From Candidatus Uhrbacteria bacterium CG10_big_fil_rev_8_21_14_0_10_48_16 (GTDB lineage: Bacteria; Patescibacteriota; Patescibacteriia; UBA9934; GWF2-40-263), in the NCBI GenBank assembly GCA_002793515.1, contig PFEU01000008.1, positions 6,824 to 70,823 of the forward strand: 64,000 bases of DNA, in the 5' to 3' direction. This document shows positions 46,859 to 55,703 of this stretch, piece after piece (the stretch's first letter is position 1; every line of letters starts with the position of its first letter). The notes beneath the pieces are model-generated. The model was not told where the DNA came from and did no database searches. It saw nothing but the letters and a program-made list of their open reading frames with translations. The translations under genes were made by a program, and so were the position numbers.

Positions 46859-47698
46859 ATGCGCGACGATATTTGTGTATTGCTGACTTCAGCAATCGAA
46901 GTCAAAAATAAACATCTCGTGAAGCGCCATGACACCGCGACACGTCTTGAGGATTACAAACGCGCCCTACGTAGCTGGCTCACAAAACAAACGCACGTTC
47001 AACACATCGTCTTTGTCGATAACTCTGGATATCCTCTGGATACACTCAAGCACATCGCTGAGACAGAAAACGTTCATGGAAAACACGTAGAATTCCTTTC
47101 CTTCCACTATGACACCACCGGTGATAGCGATATTAGCTTAGGCGAAATCGCTATTTTGGATTATGCCCTCAATCACTCACAAACTCTGAAGAACACATCC
47201 TATTTTATCAAGTGTACGGGAAGAGTATTTGTTGAGAATATCGATCATATTGTCCAAGATCTCCCTGAAACATTTCATGCCGTCGCTCGGTTTTCTGAAA
47301 ACCTAAGTTACATTGATAGCGTGATCATGATTTTCGAGACGCACATGTACCGCGAAGACATGCACCCTCTGATTGCACAAACCATGAAACAGCCAAATGG
47401 AAAAACAGATTTTGAACGCGCCTACGCCAAAGTCCTTCATGAACTCTTAGCGAAAGACTACCAATGGTTTCCGTTCAGTCACGAACCTATTTTCTCAGGA
47501 ATGTCTGGAACAAAAAATCAGTCGTATAGAAAAAAATACGGTCGATTCCAATCTCTCTGGTACTCCGTCATCTCACATATGTTTTACAAACGTTATAGAA
47601 CAAGCTGGGGAAAAAGCTCAGGTCGCGAACATTTGCTCGTCCGTTGGAACATTCAGCCTGAACGAGGAACTTGCTCATCGAATAAAGATTCTCTCTAA
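46859..47698 (+). CDS. Hypothetical protein (possible uncharacterised glycosyltransferase-like)
   Basis: 279 aa from the ATG at 46859; the ORF-track start at 46814 is TTG. Has …HIVFVDNSGYPLD… but no motif I can assign confidently. Confidence 0.45.
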   Translation: MRDDICVLLTSAIEVKNKHLVKRHDTATRLEDYKRALRSWLTKQTHVQHIVFVDNSGYPLDTLKHIAETENVHGKHVEFLSFHYDTTGDSDISLGEIAILDYALNHSQTLKNTSYFIKCTGRVFVENIDHIVQDLPETFHAVARFSENLSYIDSVIMIFETHMYREDMHPLIAQTMKQPNGKTDFERAYAKVLHELLAKDYQWFPFSHEPIFSGMSGTKNQSYRKKYGRFQSLWYSVISHMFYKRYRTSWGKSSGREHLLVRWNIQPERGTCSSNKDSL

Positions 47699-47706
47699 CC
47701 ACCCCT

Positions 47707-48708
47707 ATGTCAGAACACTCAAAAAAACGTGCACTCATTACCGGAATTACCGGACAAGATGGAAGCTATCTTGCTGAATTTTTATTGGAACAGGGATATG
47801 AAGTGCATGGCATCATGCGCCGTTCCTCCACCTTTAACACCTGGCGCATCGAACATCTCTACGGGAGTGAGGACTTCTCTCATCCAAAAAATGACTTCCA
47901 TCTCCATTACGGAGATCTGACCGATGCCATGAGCATTGCTGCCATCATCAAGCAGGTTCAGCCAGATGAAATCTATAATCTTGCTGCCATGAGCCATGTG
48001 CGTGTGTCATTCGATGTTCCAAAATTTACCCTTGAAACAAATACGCTTGGAGCCCTAAACATTTTGGAATACATCCGTCACCACGCACCACACATCAAGT
48101 ATTATCAAGCTTCAAGTTCCGAAATGTTTGGAGCGACAACGGATGCTCCTCCCTTTAATGAGCATACGCGATTCATGCCACAGAGCCCGTACGGCATTTC
48201 AAAACTAGCCTCGTTTCATCTCACAAGACATTACCGAAACAGCTATGGTCTCTTTGCAGTAAATGGAATTCTCTTCAATCACGAAAGTCCTCGCCGTGGA
48301 GAAACGTTTGTGACTCGCAAAATTACTCGTGCCGTTGCCTCCATTCTTGCAGGAGAAATGGATACCCTCTACATGGGGAATCTTGATGCCGTCCGAGACT
48401 GGGGACATTCAAAAGATTATGTCCGAGCGATTCACCTGATGCTCCAACAAGAGGCTCCTGATGAATATGTCGTCGCAACCGGAGAAGCTCACTCCATCAA
48501 AGAAGCTCTGCAATATTGTTTTGAGGAGGCGGGTCTTGATTGGACACAGTATGTAAAGATTGATCCAAAGTACTTCCGCCCAAGCGAAGTCCCCTATCTC
48601 CAAGGAGACTCACGCAAGATTCGAGCGATTGGGTGGGAACCGGAATACAACTGGAAAACACTTCTTAAAGAAATGCTCGAGGAAGATATTAGACGTTCAC
48701 AAAAATAG
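47707..48708 (+). CDS. gmd: GDP-mannose 4,6-dehydratase
   Basis: KRALITGITGQDGSYLAEFLLEQGYEVHGIMRRSSTFNTWRIEHLY…, YxxxK (YGISKLAS), and the full Gmd architecture. Confidence 0.95.
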   Translation: MSEHSKKRALITGITGQDGSYLAEFLLEQGYEVHGIMRRSSTFNTWRIEHLYGSEDFSHPKNDFHLHYGDLTDAMSIAAIIKQVQPDEIYNLAAMSHVRVSFDVPKFTLETNTLGALNILEYIRHHAPHIKYYQASSSEMFGATTDAPPFNEHTRFMPQSPYGISKLASFHLTRHYRNSYGLFAVNGILFNHESPRRGETFVTRKITRAVASILAGEMDTLYMGNLDAVRDWGHSKDYVRAIHLMLQQEAPDEYVVATGEAHSIKEALQYCFEEAGLDWTQYVKIDPKYFRPSEVPYLQGDSRKIRAIGWEPEYNWKTLLKEMLEEDIRRSQK

Positions 48709-48711
48709 TGT

Positions 48712-49098
48712 ATGAAATCTATTGAAAAAGACGGAGTCCTCATCGCGATTCACTTTGACGGAACATTTACCGAAGGTACCCAACCGCAAACAGACGAAGG
48801 ATTTCCCCTCCAGGTTCTTTCCTTGAAGCACCCAAAGGGAAAAATTCTTTTGGCGCATGCTCACACCCCACGTGATCGAACCACACACGAACTCATGGAA
48901 TGTCTCGTCGTGTTATCTGGGCGCATCCTTGCCAACATTTTTCATGAAAACGAACTCTTTGAATCAATCGAGATGGGACCTAAGGAAGCACTGATGCTTG
49001 TCCGCGGTGGAGTCGGGTATGAAATACTAGAAGACGCGGAAATGATGGAGTTTAAAAATGGCCCCTACCTGGAAGACAAATCGCTCATCAACGCATAA
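48712..49098 (+). CDS. WxcM/FdtA-like cupin (putative NDP-4-keto-6-deoxyhexose 3,4-ketoisomerase or epimerase)
   Basis: 128 aa. LAHAHTPRDRTTHELMECLVVLSGRI fits the FdtA-type cupin HxH…E…CL.G pattern. Gene position is immediately 3' of gmd. Confidence 0.5.
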   Translation: MKSIEKDGVLIAIHFDGTFTEGTQPQTDEGFPLQVLSLKHPKGKILLAHAHTPRDRTTHELMECLVVLSGRILANIFHENELFESIEMGPKEALMLVRGGVGYEILEDAEMMEFKNGPYLEDKSLINA

Positions 49099-49099
49099 T

Positions 49100-49675
49100 A
49101 TGACCGATGAATCTTCTCCCTCAACGCAACCGGTTCAACTGCATCTAGGATGTGGAAAACGTTTCATTCCAGGCTTCGTACATATCGATCTTGCCGTTTT
49201 TGAACACATTGATTACACCCACCGGATCGATCAACTCCCCATGATCGAAACCCAGTCTGTGGACCTGATCTATGCCTGTCACGCATTCGAATATTTCGAC
49301 CGAGTGGAAGCTGTCACCGTTCTTCAAGAATGGGGACGTGTCCTTAAGCCAGGAGGGATCCTGCGATTAGCTGTTCCAGACTTTGCCTCGCTCATAGAGG
49401 TCTATCAGACCTACGGAGAACTTGGGCGAGTTATCGGTCCCCTCTTTGGAAGATGGCCCATTCCAGGAACAACAGAGACGGTCTACCACAAAACGGTTTA
49501 TGATTTTCATGACCTTCAAACCCTTCTCACCACAAATGGATTCGAACAGGTTCAACGCTATGACGCCCGCAAGACCTCGCATGCGCAGTATGATGACTAT
49601 GCGCAAGCCTATGTTCCCCACATGGATCAAAACGGCATATTAGTCAGCTTGAATGTGGAAGCACAGAAAATATAA
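49100..49675 (+). CDS. Class I SAM-dependent methyltransferase
   Basis: LHLGCGKRFIPGFVHIDL…LKPGGILRLAVPDF. Start chosen at the ATG at 49100, 1 nt after the upstream stop; the ORF-track start at 49058 overlaps the upstream gene. Confidence 0.65.
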   Translation: MTDESSPSTQPVQLHLGCGKRFIPGFVHIDLAVFEHIDYTHRIDQLPMIETQSVDLIYACHAFEYFDRVEAVTVLQEWGRVLKPGGILRLAVPDFASLIEVYQTYGELGRVIGPLFGRWPIPGTTETVYHKTVYDFHDLQTLLTTNGFEQVQRYDARKTSHAQYDDYAQAYVPHMDQNGILVSLNVEAQKI

Positions 49676-49688
49676 GATCGACATCTCT

Positions 49689-50453
49689 ATGGAACGAACA
49701 GAAAAAAAGACCGTTGAAGAGGTTGTGTCTCATGGAAACATCGACGCACAATACGTCCTAGATCATCCCGAGATGTTCCATGAGAAATCCATCCGCACAG
49801 CAAAGCAACACGCACAGCGCTATCAATTTGCAAAACGCTTTGTCAAAGACAAACACGTGTTAGACATCGCTTGTGGAACAGGTTATGGATCTCGGATTCT
49901 TGATGTGCACTCCTACGCAAGCTATATCGGAGTTGATATCGATCCAGATTCGATCGAACTCGCAAAAGAACGTTACGCGCCAAACAATCCGCGCGCCGTT
50001 TTTTTTACGGATGATGCAACCTCTTTACGGCACACGCCCATTCCTTCTGAATCCATAGACGTGGCTATTTCTTTTGAAACCATTGAGCACACTCCCTTCT
50101 ACAGAGATTTTTTAAAACACATGCATGATAAACTGAAGAAGGATGGACTGTTTATCGTCTCTACCCCGAATCGAGATGTTACCCATCCTGGAACAGATTT
50201 TTCTCACAAACCCACCTGGGACTTTCATACCCAAGAATGGGTCCTTGAAGAATTTTTAGCGTTGTTGGATGAAGAAAAATTCTCTCCCGTGCAGATCTAT
50301 GCGCAATCGTTCCGTGCCCACAAACTGTTCGGCTTCAACATTCCAGGTCTTGGAAGAATCCTCAGACATCTTTCTCTAACCGTTGTCCCATGGAACCTCT
50401 TTCGGTTTTTCGGGAAAGCAAATTTTTATATTCTGGTATGCAAAAAGAAGTAA
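49689..50453 (+). CDS. Class I SAM-dependent methyltransferase
   Basis: VLDIACGTGYGSRILD…AISFETIEHT…DGLFIVSTPN. An alternative in-frame ATG lies at 49653. Confidence 0.65.
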   Translation: MERTEKKTVEEVVSHGNIDAQYVLDHPEMFHEKSIRTAKQHAQRYQFAKRFVKDKHVLDIACGTGYGSRILDVHSYASYIGVDIDPDSIELAKERYAPNNPRAVFFTDDATSLRHTPIPSESIDVAISFETIEHTPFYRDFLKHMHDKLKKDGLFIVSTPNRDVTHPGTDFSHKPTWDFHTQEWVLEEFLALLDEEKFSPVQIYAQSFRAHKLFGFNIPGLGRILRHLSLTVVPWNLFRFFGKANFYILVCKKK

Positions 50454-51541
50454 CGCCATTCATTCCACAAACAGCTCCTTCCTACGGACACAAAGAGCGA
50501 GAAGCCATCGATCTGTATTTACAGTCCAATGCCTGGCTCACAGAATTTGAAAAAACCATTGCTTTTGAACAAGAGATCGCGAAACGCGCAACGACGACCT
50601 ACGCCAGCGTCGTCCCCAATGGAACAATTGCCCTTTTTCTGGCATTCACCGCACTCGGAATCAAAAAAGGAGACGAGGTCATCGTTCCAAATCTCACCAT
50701 GATCGCGACCCCAAATGCCGTACAGCTGGCCGGTGGAACACCTGTTTTCGCGGACGTGGATTCAGAGAGTCTTTGTCTCAATCCCGATGAAGTAGCCCGT
50801 CTCATCACTCCACGCACAAAAGCGGTTTGTCACGTATCTCTCGGAGGTCGCGTAGGACGCATGGAATCTCTTATGGAGTTGTGCCGTGAAAAAGGCATTC
50901 CCCTGGTCGAAGATGCCGCTCAAGCATTTGGATCATCCCATCGGGGGAAACCGGTTGGGTCCTTTGGGGACATCGGGATTTATTCTTTCACCCCACACAA
51001 AATCATCACGACCGGCCAAGGTGGAGCCCTTGTCACCAACCGAGAAGATCTCTATCAAGCGATCGAGCGGTTAAAGGACTTTGGGCGATTACAAGGAGGA
51101 GGTGATCACCACGATCATCTTGGTTGGAATTTTAAGTTCACAGATCTTCAGGCGGTCCTGGGTCTGGTACAGCTCGAAAATTTGGATGAACGCATCGACA
51201 AAAAACGAGAAATTTTTGCTCACTATCAATCGCAACTCACAGACGTTCCGGGAGTGACAATGCTTCACACGAATCTCGAGGAAACAACACCCTGGTTTAT
51301 CGAAGTCTTTGTTGAAAAGCCTCTTGCACTTGCATCGTTTTTGAAAGAGCAAGGGATTGGTACTCGTCCCATGTATCCAGCAATCCATACCCAACCTATC
51401 TACGCGCACATCCAAGGCGAATTTCCTGTAAGCACACACGCAGGAGCTCATGGACTCTGGCTTCCCTCCTCTTTGTCCCTGACCCCATCTGAGATCACGC
51501 GCATCTGTAATGCGGTAAAAGAGTTCCTTCGTTTTGTATGA
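50438..51541 (+). CDS. DegT/DnrJ/EryC1/StrS-family PLP-dependent nucleotide-sugar aminotransferase
   Basis: Conserved TPFIPQ…; the internal-aldimine Lys lies in SFTPHKIITTGQGGALV; overall fold-type I layout. Confidence 0.9.
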   Translation: MQKEVTPFIPQTAPSYGHKEREAIDLYLQSNAWLTEFEKTIAFEQEIAKRATTTYASVVPNGTIALFLAFTALGIKKGDEVIVPNLTMIATPNAVQLAGGTPVFADVDSESLCLNPDEVARLITPRTKAVCHVSLGGRVGRMESLMELCREKGIPLVEDAAQAFGSSHRGKPVGSFGDIGIYSFTPHKIITTGQGGALVTNREDLYQAIERLKDFGRLQGGGDHHDHLGWNFKFTDLQAVLGLVQLENLDERIDKKREIFAHYQSQLTDVPGVTMLHTNLEETTPWFIEVFVEKPLALASFLKEQGIGTRPMYPAIHTQPIYAHIQGEFPVSTHAGAHGLWLPSSLSLTPSEITRICNAVKEFLRFV

Positions 51542-53454
51542 CAACCTACTGTGCGATCGCCGAAACCCTTGAGGATCTTCGACAGATTCGAGCATGGGAG
51601 AAAAAGCACCATGCATCCGTTCATGTGATCGCCCTTTCTCTTGAAGTGCTCGCCGAAGACCCAACCGCAGAACACATTTGGAATCTCCTTCCCATGGACG
51701 ACATCCTCTTTGAATCCTACGAGACAACTCAGCGACTCGGAGGTCTTTGGAGCGAATCTGAAAATGATGAAGAGTCCCGCATGTACAAAGAGTCTCTTCG
51801 GTATCATTTAGTAGAAGAATGCTGGTTTCATGCGCACGTAAGTTTTTCCGTCGCATCGGCCCTTATTCCCCTCTTTCACGCCCGTCAGTGGACGCTTCTG
51901 ATTCCTCAGACAGACTCCTATTTCATTGGTCCCTACGCACCAAACTTTGCAACTGCAGGAAAACGAAATGCCATGTTCACATCGACCTGCATTTCTCTCT
52001 TTACCCAAGAGCATATTCCGATTCGTTATCTTGATATCAAAACGTCATGGATACACCTGTCTGCGAAGATCTCCCTCATGATTCAAGGCATCTCAAAAGT
52101 TCTTTTCGATGGGATTGATATTCTTCATGCTCGATGGGTTCGCAGACCAACTCTCCGCCAACAGCTCACACAGGTAAGCGCTTCTCAAACAATACAAATC
52201 CTCTTCTCGGGATGGGGGAAAGATTTCTCCCGCTTTTTTCGATACGATGTGTTTCGAAAACACGCGAAAGACGCATCTATACACATCACAAATCTTATCT
52301 GGAGAGCACAAAAAAATCCCCAGACCCATGAAGATGCATCAACCGGAGATTTTCAAGAAGTGATTTTAAAAGAAGATATTCGACAACATGTCACGTATGG
52401 CTTGCGCTTGTCGTTGTTTCCCCTCTCCGTCTTCTGGAAGCGCTTCTTGTTTCTCAAAAAAACAATTCCTTCTCTCAAAAAATCTATTCAAGTCCTCTCA
52501 CACGATTATCCGGTTCTTCAGAACCCAATCGTGCAAGCAAACTCCCTCCAAATCTGTCTGTTTGGGATGCATTCAATATTTCTAGGCGCATGGACTCTCG
52601 AACACACACGTAAAAAATATCCAACTCTGACAACCTATGTGGGTTCTGACAGTGGCGGAGTTGAGGAACGTTTTGAACTGTTATGGGCAAAACAACAAGG
52701 ATTAACAGCCTTCAGTATTCCTCATGGATTTTTCGCATTTGCTGAACAGCCTTATTGGTATCTCGCGGATCATCTTCTCACGCAGACATCAGCAACCGCA
52801 CAACTTCTTCAAGCCCTTGGACGACCTCGCTCGGAAATCTCAGTGGTAGGTGCATTTCTTCCACAACAAAAACCACACCTCCTCGACAACCGAAAAATTC
52901 GAATCGTCATCGGAACACGTTCTCGTCGAGGACTTTGGTCAAACATGAGCTCTAAACATCATCTCTATCACGAAACCATCCATACCCTCATAGACACATT
53001 ACTGAACGATGAACGATTTGAAATCATCATCAAGTCACATCCAAATGGAGATCTGAGTGAGTACTACGACACGCTTGTTGCACAGAAAAAACATGCACGA
53101 CTCTCGCATGTTTCCAAAGGATGGAAGTCTGATGTTTTTGTGAGTCAAACAGATGTTCTTGTCTGCCTGGGAGAGGCTCCAAGTCTTCTCCTAGATGCCC
53201 TGTATGCACGTGTTCCCATTGTCTTTATTGAAGGAACGATGACTCGCGTGCTACAAAACATGCACTATGATTACCAGCAGGTTGCCCGAGTGGTCTCGAA
53301 TGGAACGGAAGCAGTGAATGCCATTCTTGAGATGACAAAAGACCAGACCTCGTATGAAGAATCTCTTCTTCCTCAAAACACCATGCTCGAGCGGTATGCC
53401 TTAGGAACCCACCCTGAAAAACAACTCATTGAATCCCTCAAACGCTATGTCTAA
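51538..53454 (+). CDS. Hypothetical 638-aa protein; C-terminal domain resembles HP-motif GT-B-like capsule/nonulosonate/Kdo transferases (KpsC/KpsS or sialyltransferase-like). Assignment is tentative.
   Basis: C-terminal region IRIVIGTRSRR…ERFEIIIKSHPNGDLSEYYD…VLVCLGEAPSLLLDALYARVPIVFIEGTM contains a K-x-HP motif in a Rossmann-like context. No TM segments. Sits between the aminotransferase and a GT gene. Confidence 0.45.
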   Translation: MTTYCAIAETLEDLRQIRAWEKKHHASVHVIALSLEVLAEDPTAEHIWNLLPMDDILFESYETTQRLGGLWSESENDEESRMYKESLRYHLVEECWFHAHVSFSVASALIPLFHARQWTLLIPQTDSYFIGPYAPNFATAGKRNAMFTSTCISLFTQEHIPIRYLDIKTSWIHLSAKISLMIQGISKVLFDGIDILHARWVRRPTLRQQLTQVSASQTIQILFSGWGKDFSRFFRYDVFRKHAKDASIHITNLIWRAQKNPQTHEDASTGDFQEVILKEDIRQHVTYGLRLSLFPLSVFWKRFLFLKKTIPSLKKSIQVLSHDYPVLQNPIVQANSLQICLFGMHSIFLGAWTLEHTRKKYPTLTTYVGSDSGGVEERFELLWAKQQGLTAFSIPHGFFAFAEQPYWYLADHLLTQTSATAQLLQALGRPRSEISVVGAFLPQQKPHLLDNRKIRIVIGTRSRRGLWSNMSSKHHLYHETIHTLIDTLLNDERFEIIIKSHPNGDLSEYYDTLVAQKKHARLSHVSKGWKSDVFVSQTDVLVCLGEAPSLLLDALYARVPIVFIEGTMTRVLQNMHYDYQQVARVVSNGTEAVNAILEMTKDQTSYEESLLPQNTMLERYALGTHPEKQLIESLKRYV

Positions 53455-54559
53455 ACGTATTGCCTTCATTTTTACGGGCGGACGAAAAATCAAGCTCCCA
53501 GACATTCGCTCTGGTTCATCTCCAGAAGATTTTTTTTATGGAGCCCTCGAACTCCAGCGAAGAGGCTATGACATTGATTTTCTCGAGGATGCCGATTTCA
53601 ATTCGGTGAAACTTTCTCTTTGGAAGAGGATAAAAAATCGTATTCCCGTGAACTATCGGTTATTCGATGAAACGGCGATTGAACGCTTCCATTCGAAAAA
53701 AGCTCTGCAACGACTCAACCAGTATGACATCCTCATCACCACAAACAACTCAGACGGTCTTGCGTTAGCCTATCTCAAAAAACAAAAGAACCTACGCTCG
53801 TCCATTATTTTTCTTTCGATGTGTCCCATCAAACCCCCAGACTCTTGGGTGAAGAAAAGACGTATGGAGATCTACCTCAACGAAATGATCTGGGGAGTGG
53901 AGAATACCCATGAGATCGACTTCCTCAAACATCTCTACCCTTCAAAAAAGATGCAGATACACTACATTCCTTTTGGGGTGGATGAGACATTCTGGAAGCC
54001 AGGAAGGAACGTCGCAAATCCCCCCTATGTTCTGAGTATGGGAAATGATAGTGGACGCGATTTCAACACGCTCATCAACGCATGGAAACCAGAATACCCA
54101 ACACTCAAACTCATTACACGGAGACCCCTTCCCCCGCTTCCCCAGAACATCGAGCATATTCAAGGAGACTGGGCCAAACAATATCTGACAGATGAGGCCA
54201 TTCGTACCGCTATTCAAGAAAGTTTGTTTGTTATTATCCCGGTCAAAGAAACGCTTCTTGCATCAGGACCAAGTGTTGCCATGCAGACTATGGCGTGCCA
54301 AAAAGCCCTTATTATTAACAAAACGAAAGGCTTATGGGCTCCTCACCTTCTACAAGATGGGGTCAACTGCTTACTGCCTGACCTACGTGAGCCAAACGCA
54401 TTCGCGCAATCCATTGAATCTCTTCTGAATGATGAGTCATTCCGTGATACGATTGCTCAAGGTGGAAGAACACTCTTTTTAGAACACTTTACAGTCAGTT
54501 CGATTGCGGACAGACTCGAAAAACTCCTCCCTCTTGTAGACACAAAAACAGCATCTTGA
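53447..54559 (+). CDS. Glycosyltransferase (GT-B fold, group-1-like)
   Basis: C-terminal LFVIIPVKETLLASGPSVAMQTMACQKALIINKTKGLWAPHLLQDGVNCLLPDLREP resembles the GT4 donor-binding half. The ORF-track start at 53429 is TTG; the ATG is at 53447. Confidence 0.55.
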   Translation: MSKRIAFIFTGGRKIKLPDIRSGSSPEDFFYGALELQRRGYDIDFLEDADFNSVKLSLWKRIKNRIPVNYRLFDETAIERFHSKKALQRLNQYDILITTNNSDGLALAYLKKQKNLRSSIIFLSMCPIKPPDSWVKKRRMEIYLNEMIWGVENTHEIDFLKHLYPSKKMQIHYIPFGVDETFWKPGRNVANPPYVLSMGNDSGRDFNTLINAWKPEYPTLKLITRRPLPPLPQNIEHIQGDWAKQYLTDEAIRTAIQESLFVIIPVKETLLASGPSVAMQTMACQKALIINKTKGLWAPHLLQDGVNCLLPDLREPNAFAQSIESLLNDESFRDTIAQGGRTLFLEHFTVSSIADRLEKLLPLVDTKTAS

Positions 54560-54580
54560 TCCCGCCAGACAAAATCTCCT

Positions 54581-55684
54581 ATGGTTCCTACCGATCCAGC
54601 TCACATTCTCAAGTCTCAAGACGTCGTAACTGGAGTCGCACGATTCCTTTCAAACCAACAGGATCCGCATGTTCCTGGATATGTTCGTTATTCTGCTTCG
54701 GGAGATCTCTTTTCTGATCATCAAAAAACAAACCTTGCGGGAAGTATCTTCGCCCTGAAACTCTACGCCATGCTTGGAGAGACAGACCAAAAACGCATCC
54801 AACCGATTGTCGATCGAGTCCTTTCCTTTCAGCGTCCTGACGGATCTTTCGCGGATCCATATGTCTGTAAAAAACGCTTCATTCGCAACACCCTCTCAAG
54901 CCTCAAACATAGAGACCTCTCAAATCTTGGAAACCAAAGTTATATCCGTGCAGAAACCAGGCAAGCCTATTCTGCCCTGCTCCTACACCACGTCCTCCCT
55001 CACAAGGTCGACGCAAACATTCCGACCACCCCACAAGCCATTCACACATTCTTATCCCGTCTGGACTGGACGCGACCCTGGGGCGCAGGAAGTCATTTTA
55101 GTCATCTTCTCTTTTTTCTTTCCCTCTTCAAGAAAACAAAAAAACTGACACAGGAGCAATACCTGGAAGCACGCTCAAGTGCCTGTACGTTTATCGCTTC
55201 CCTTCAACACGAAGACGGTGCCTGGTACACAGGAAATCCTTCTCATCGTCAAAAAGTAAATGGGGCAATGAAAGTCATCTCCGGACTGATTGTCGATGAT
55301 CTTCCCTTTGAACATCCTAAAGAGCTCATTAATCTTTGCTTAACCCAAGAAGCAACCCAGACCCATGATGCCTGCGACCAGATCAATCAAATTCTCGTTC
55401 TTCGTTATAGCACCCGATTACTCAATCACCCCTATCACCAAGAAGACATCAACACCTTTTGTCAGAACGCCCTCATACAGTGGGGGGCGTACTACTTTCC
55501 AGAGCATGGAGGATTTTCGTTTCATAAACACCGGGCAAACGATCGCTATTACTCAGCAAAGGTGAGCCAAGGCCTCAACGAACCAGACATCCATGGAACC
55601 ATTCTGTTTGTCTGGGGTTTAAGCATGATGAAACAACTCCTGCAGACAGAAAACCTTCCAAATTTCCATGAAATCAAGAGTTAA
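54581..55684 (+). CDS. Hypothetical protein with prenyltransferase/terpene-cyclase-like (alpha/alpha toroid) repeat motifs
   Basis: Recurrent Q/R-x-x-DG-[SA]-[FW] motifs (SFQRPDGSFADP, LQHEDGAWYTG, PEHGGFSFHK) spaced about 50-100 aa apart, as in squalene-cyclase/prenyltransferase repeats. Confidence 0.45.
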   Translation: MVPTDPAHILKSQDVVTGVARFLSNQQDPHVPGYVRYSASGDLFSDHQKTNLAGSIFALKLYAMLGETDQKRIQPIVDRVLSFQRPDGSFADPYVCKKRFIRNTLSSLKHRDLSNLGNQSYIRAETRQAYSALLLHHVLPHKVDANIPTTPQAIHTFLSRLDWTRPWGAGSHFSHLLFFLSLFKKTKKLTQEQYLEARSSACTFIASLQHEDGAWYTGNPSHRQKVNGAMKVISGLIVDDLPFEHPKELINLCLTQEATQTHDACDQINQILVLRYSTRLLNHPYHQEDINTFCQNALIQWGAYYFPEHGGFSFHKHRANDRYYSAKVSQGLNEPDIHGTILFVWGLSMMKQLLQTENLPNFHEIKS

Positions 55685-55703
55685 TCGTGTGCATCCACGC
55701 ACT

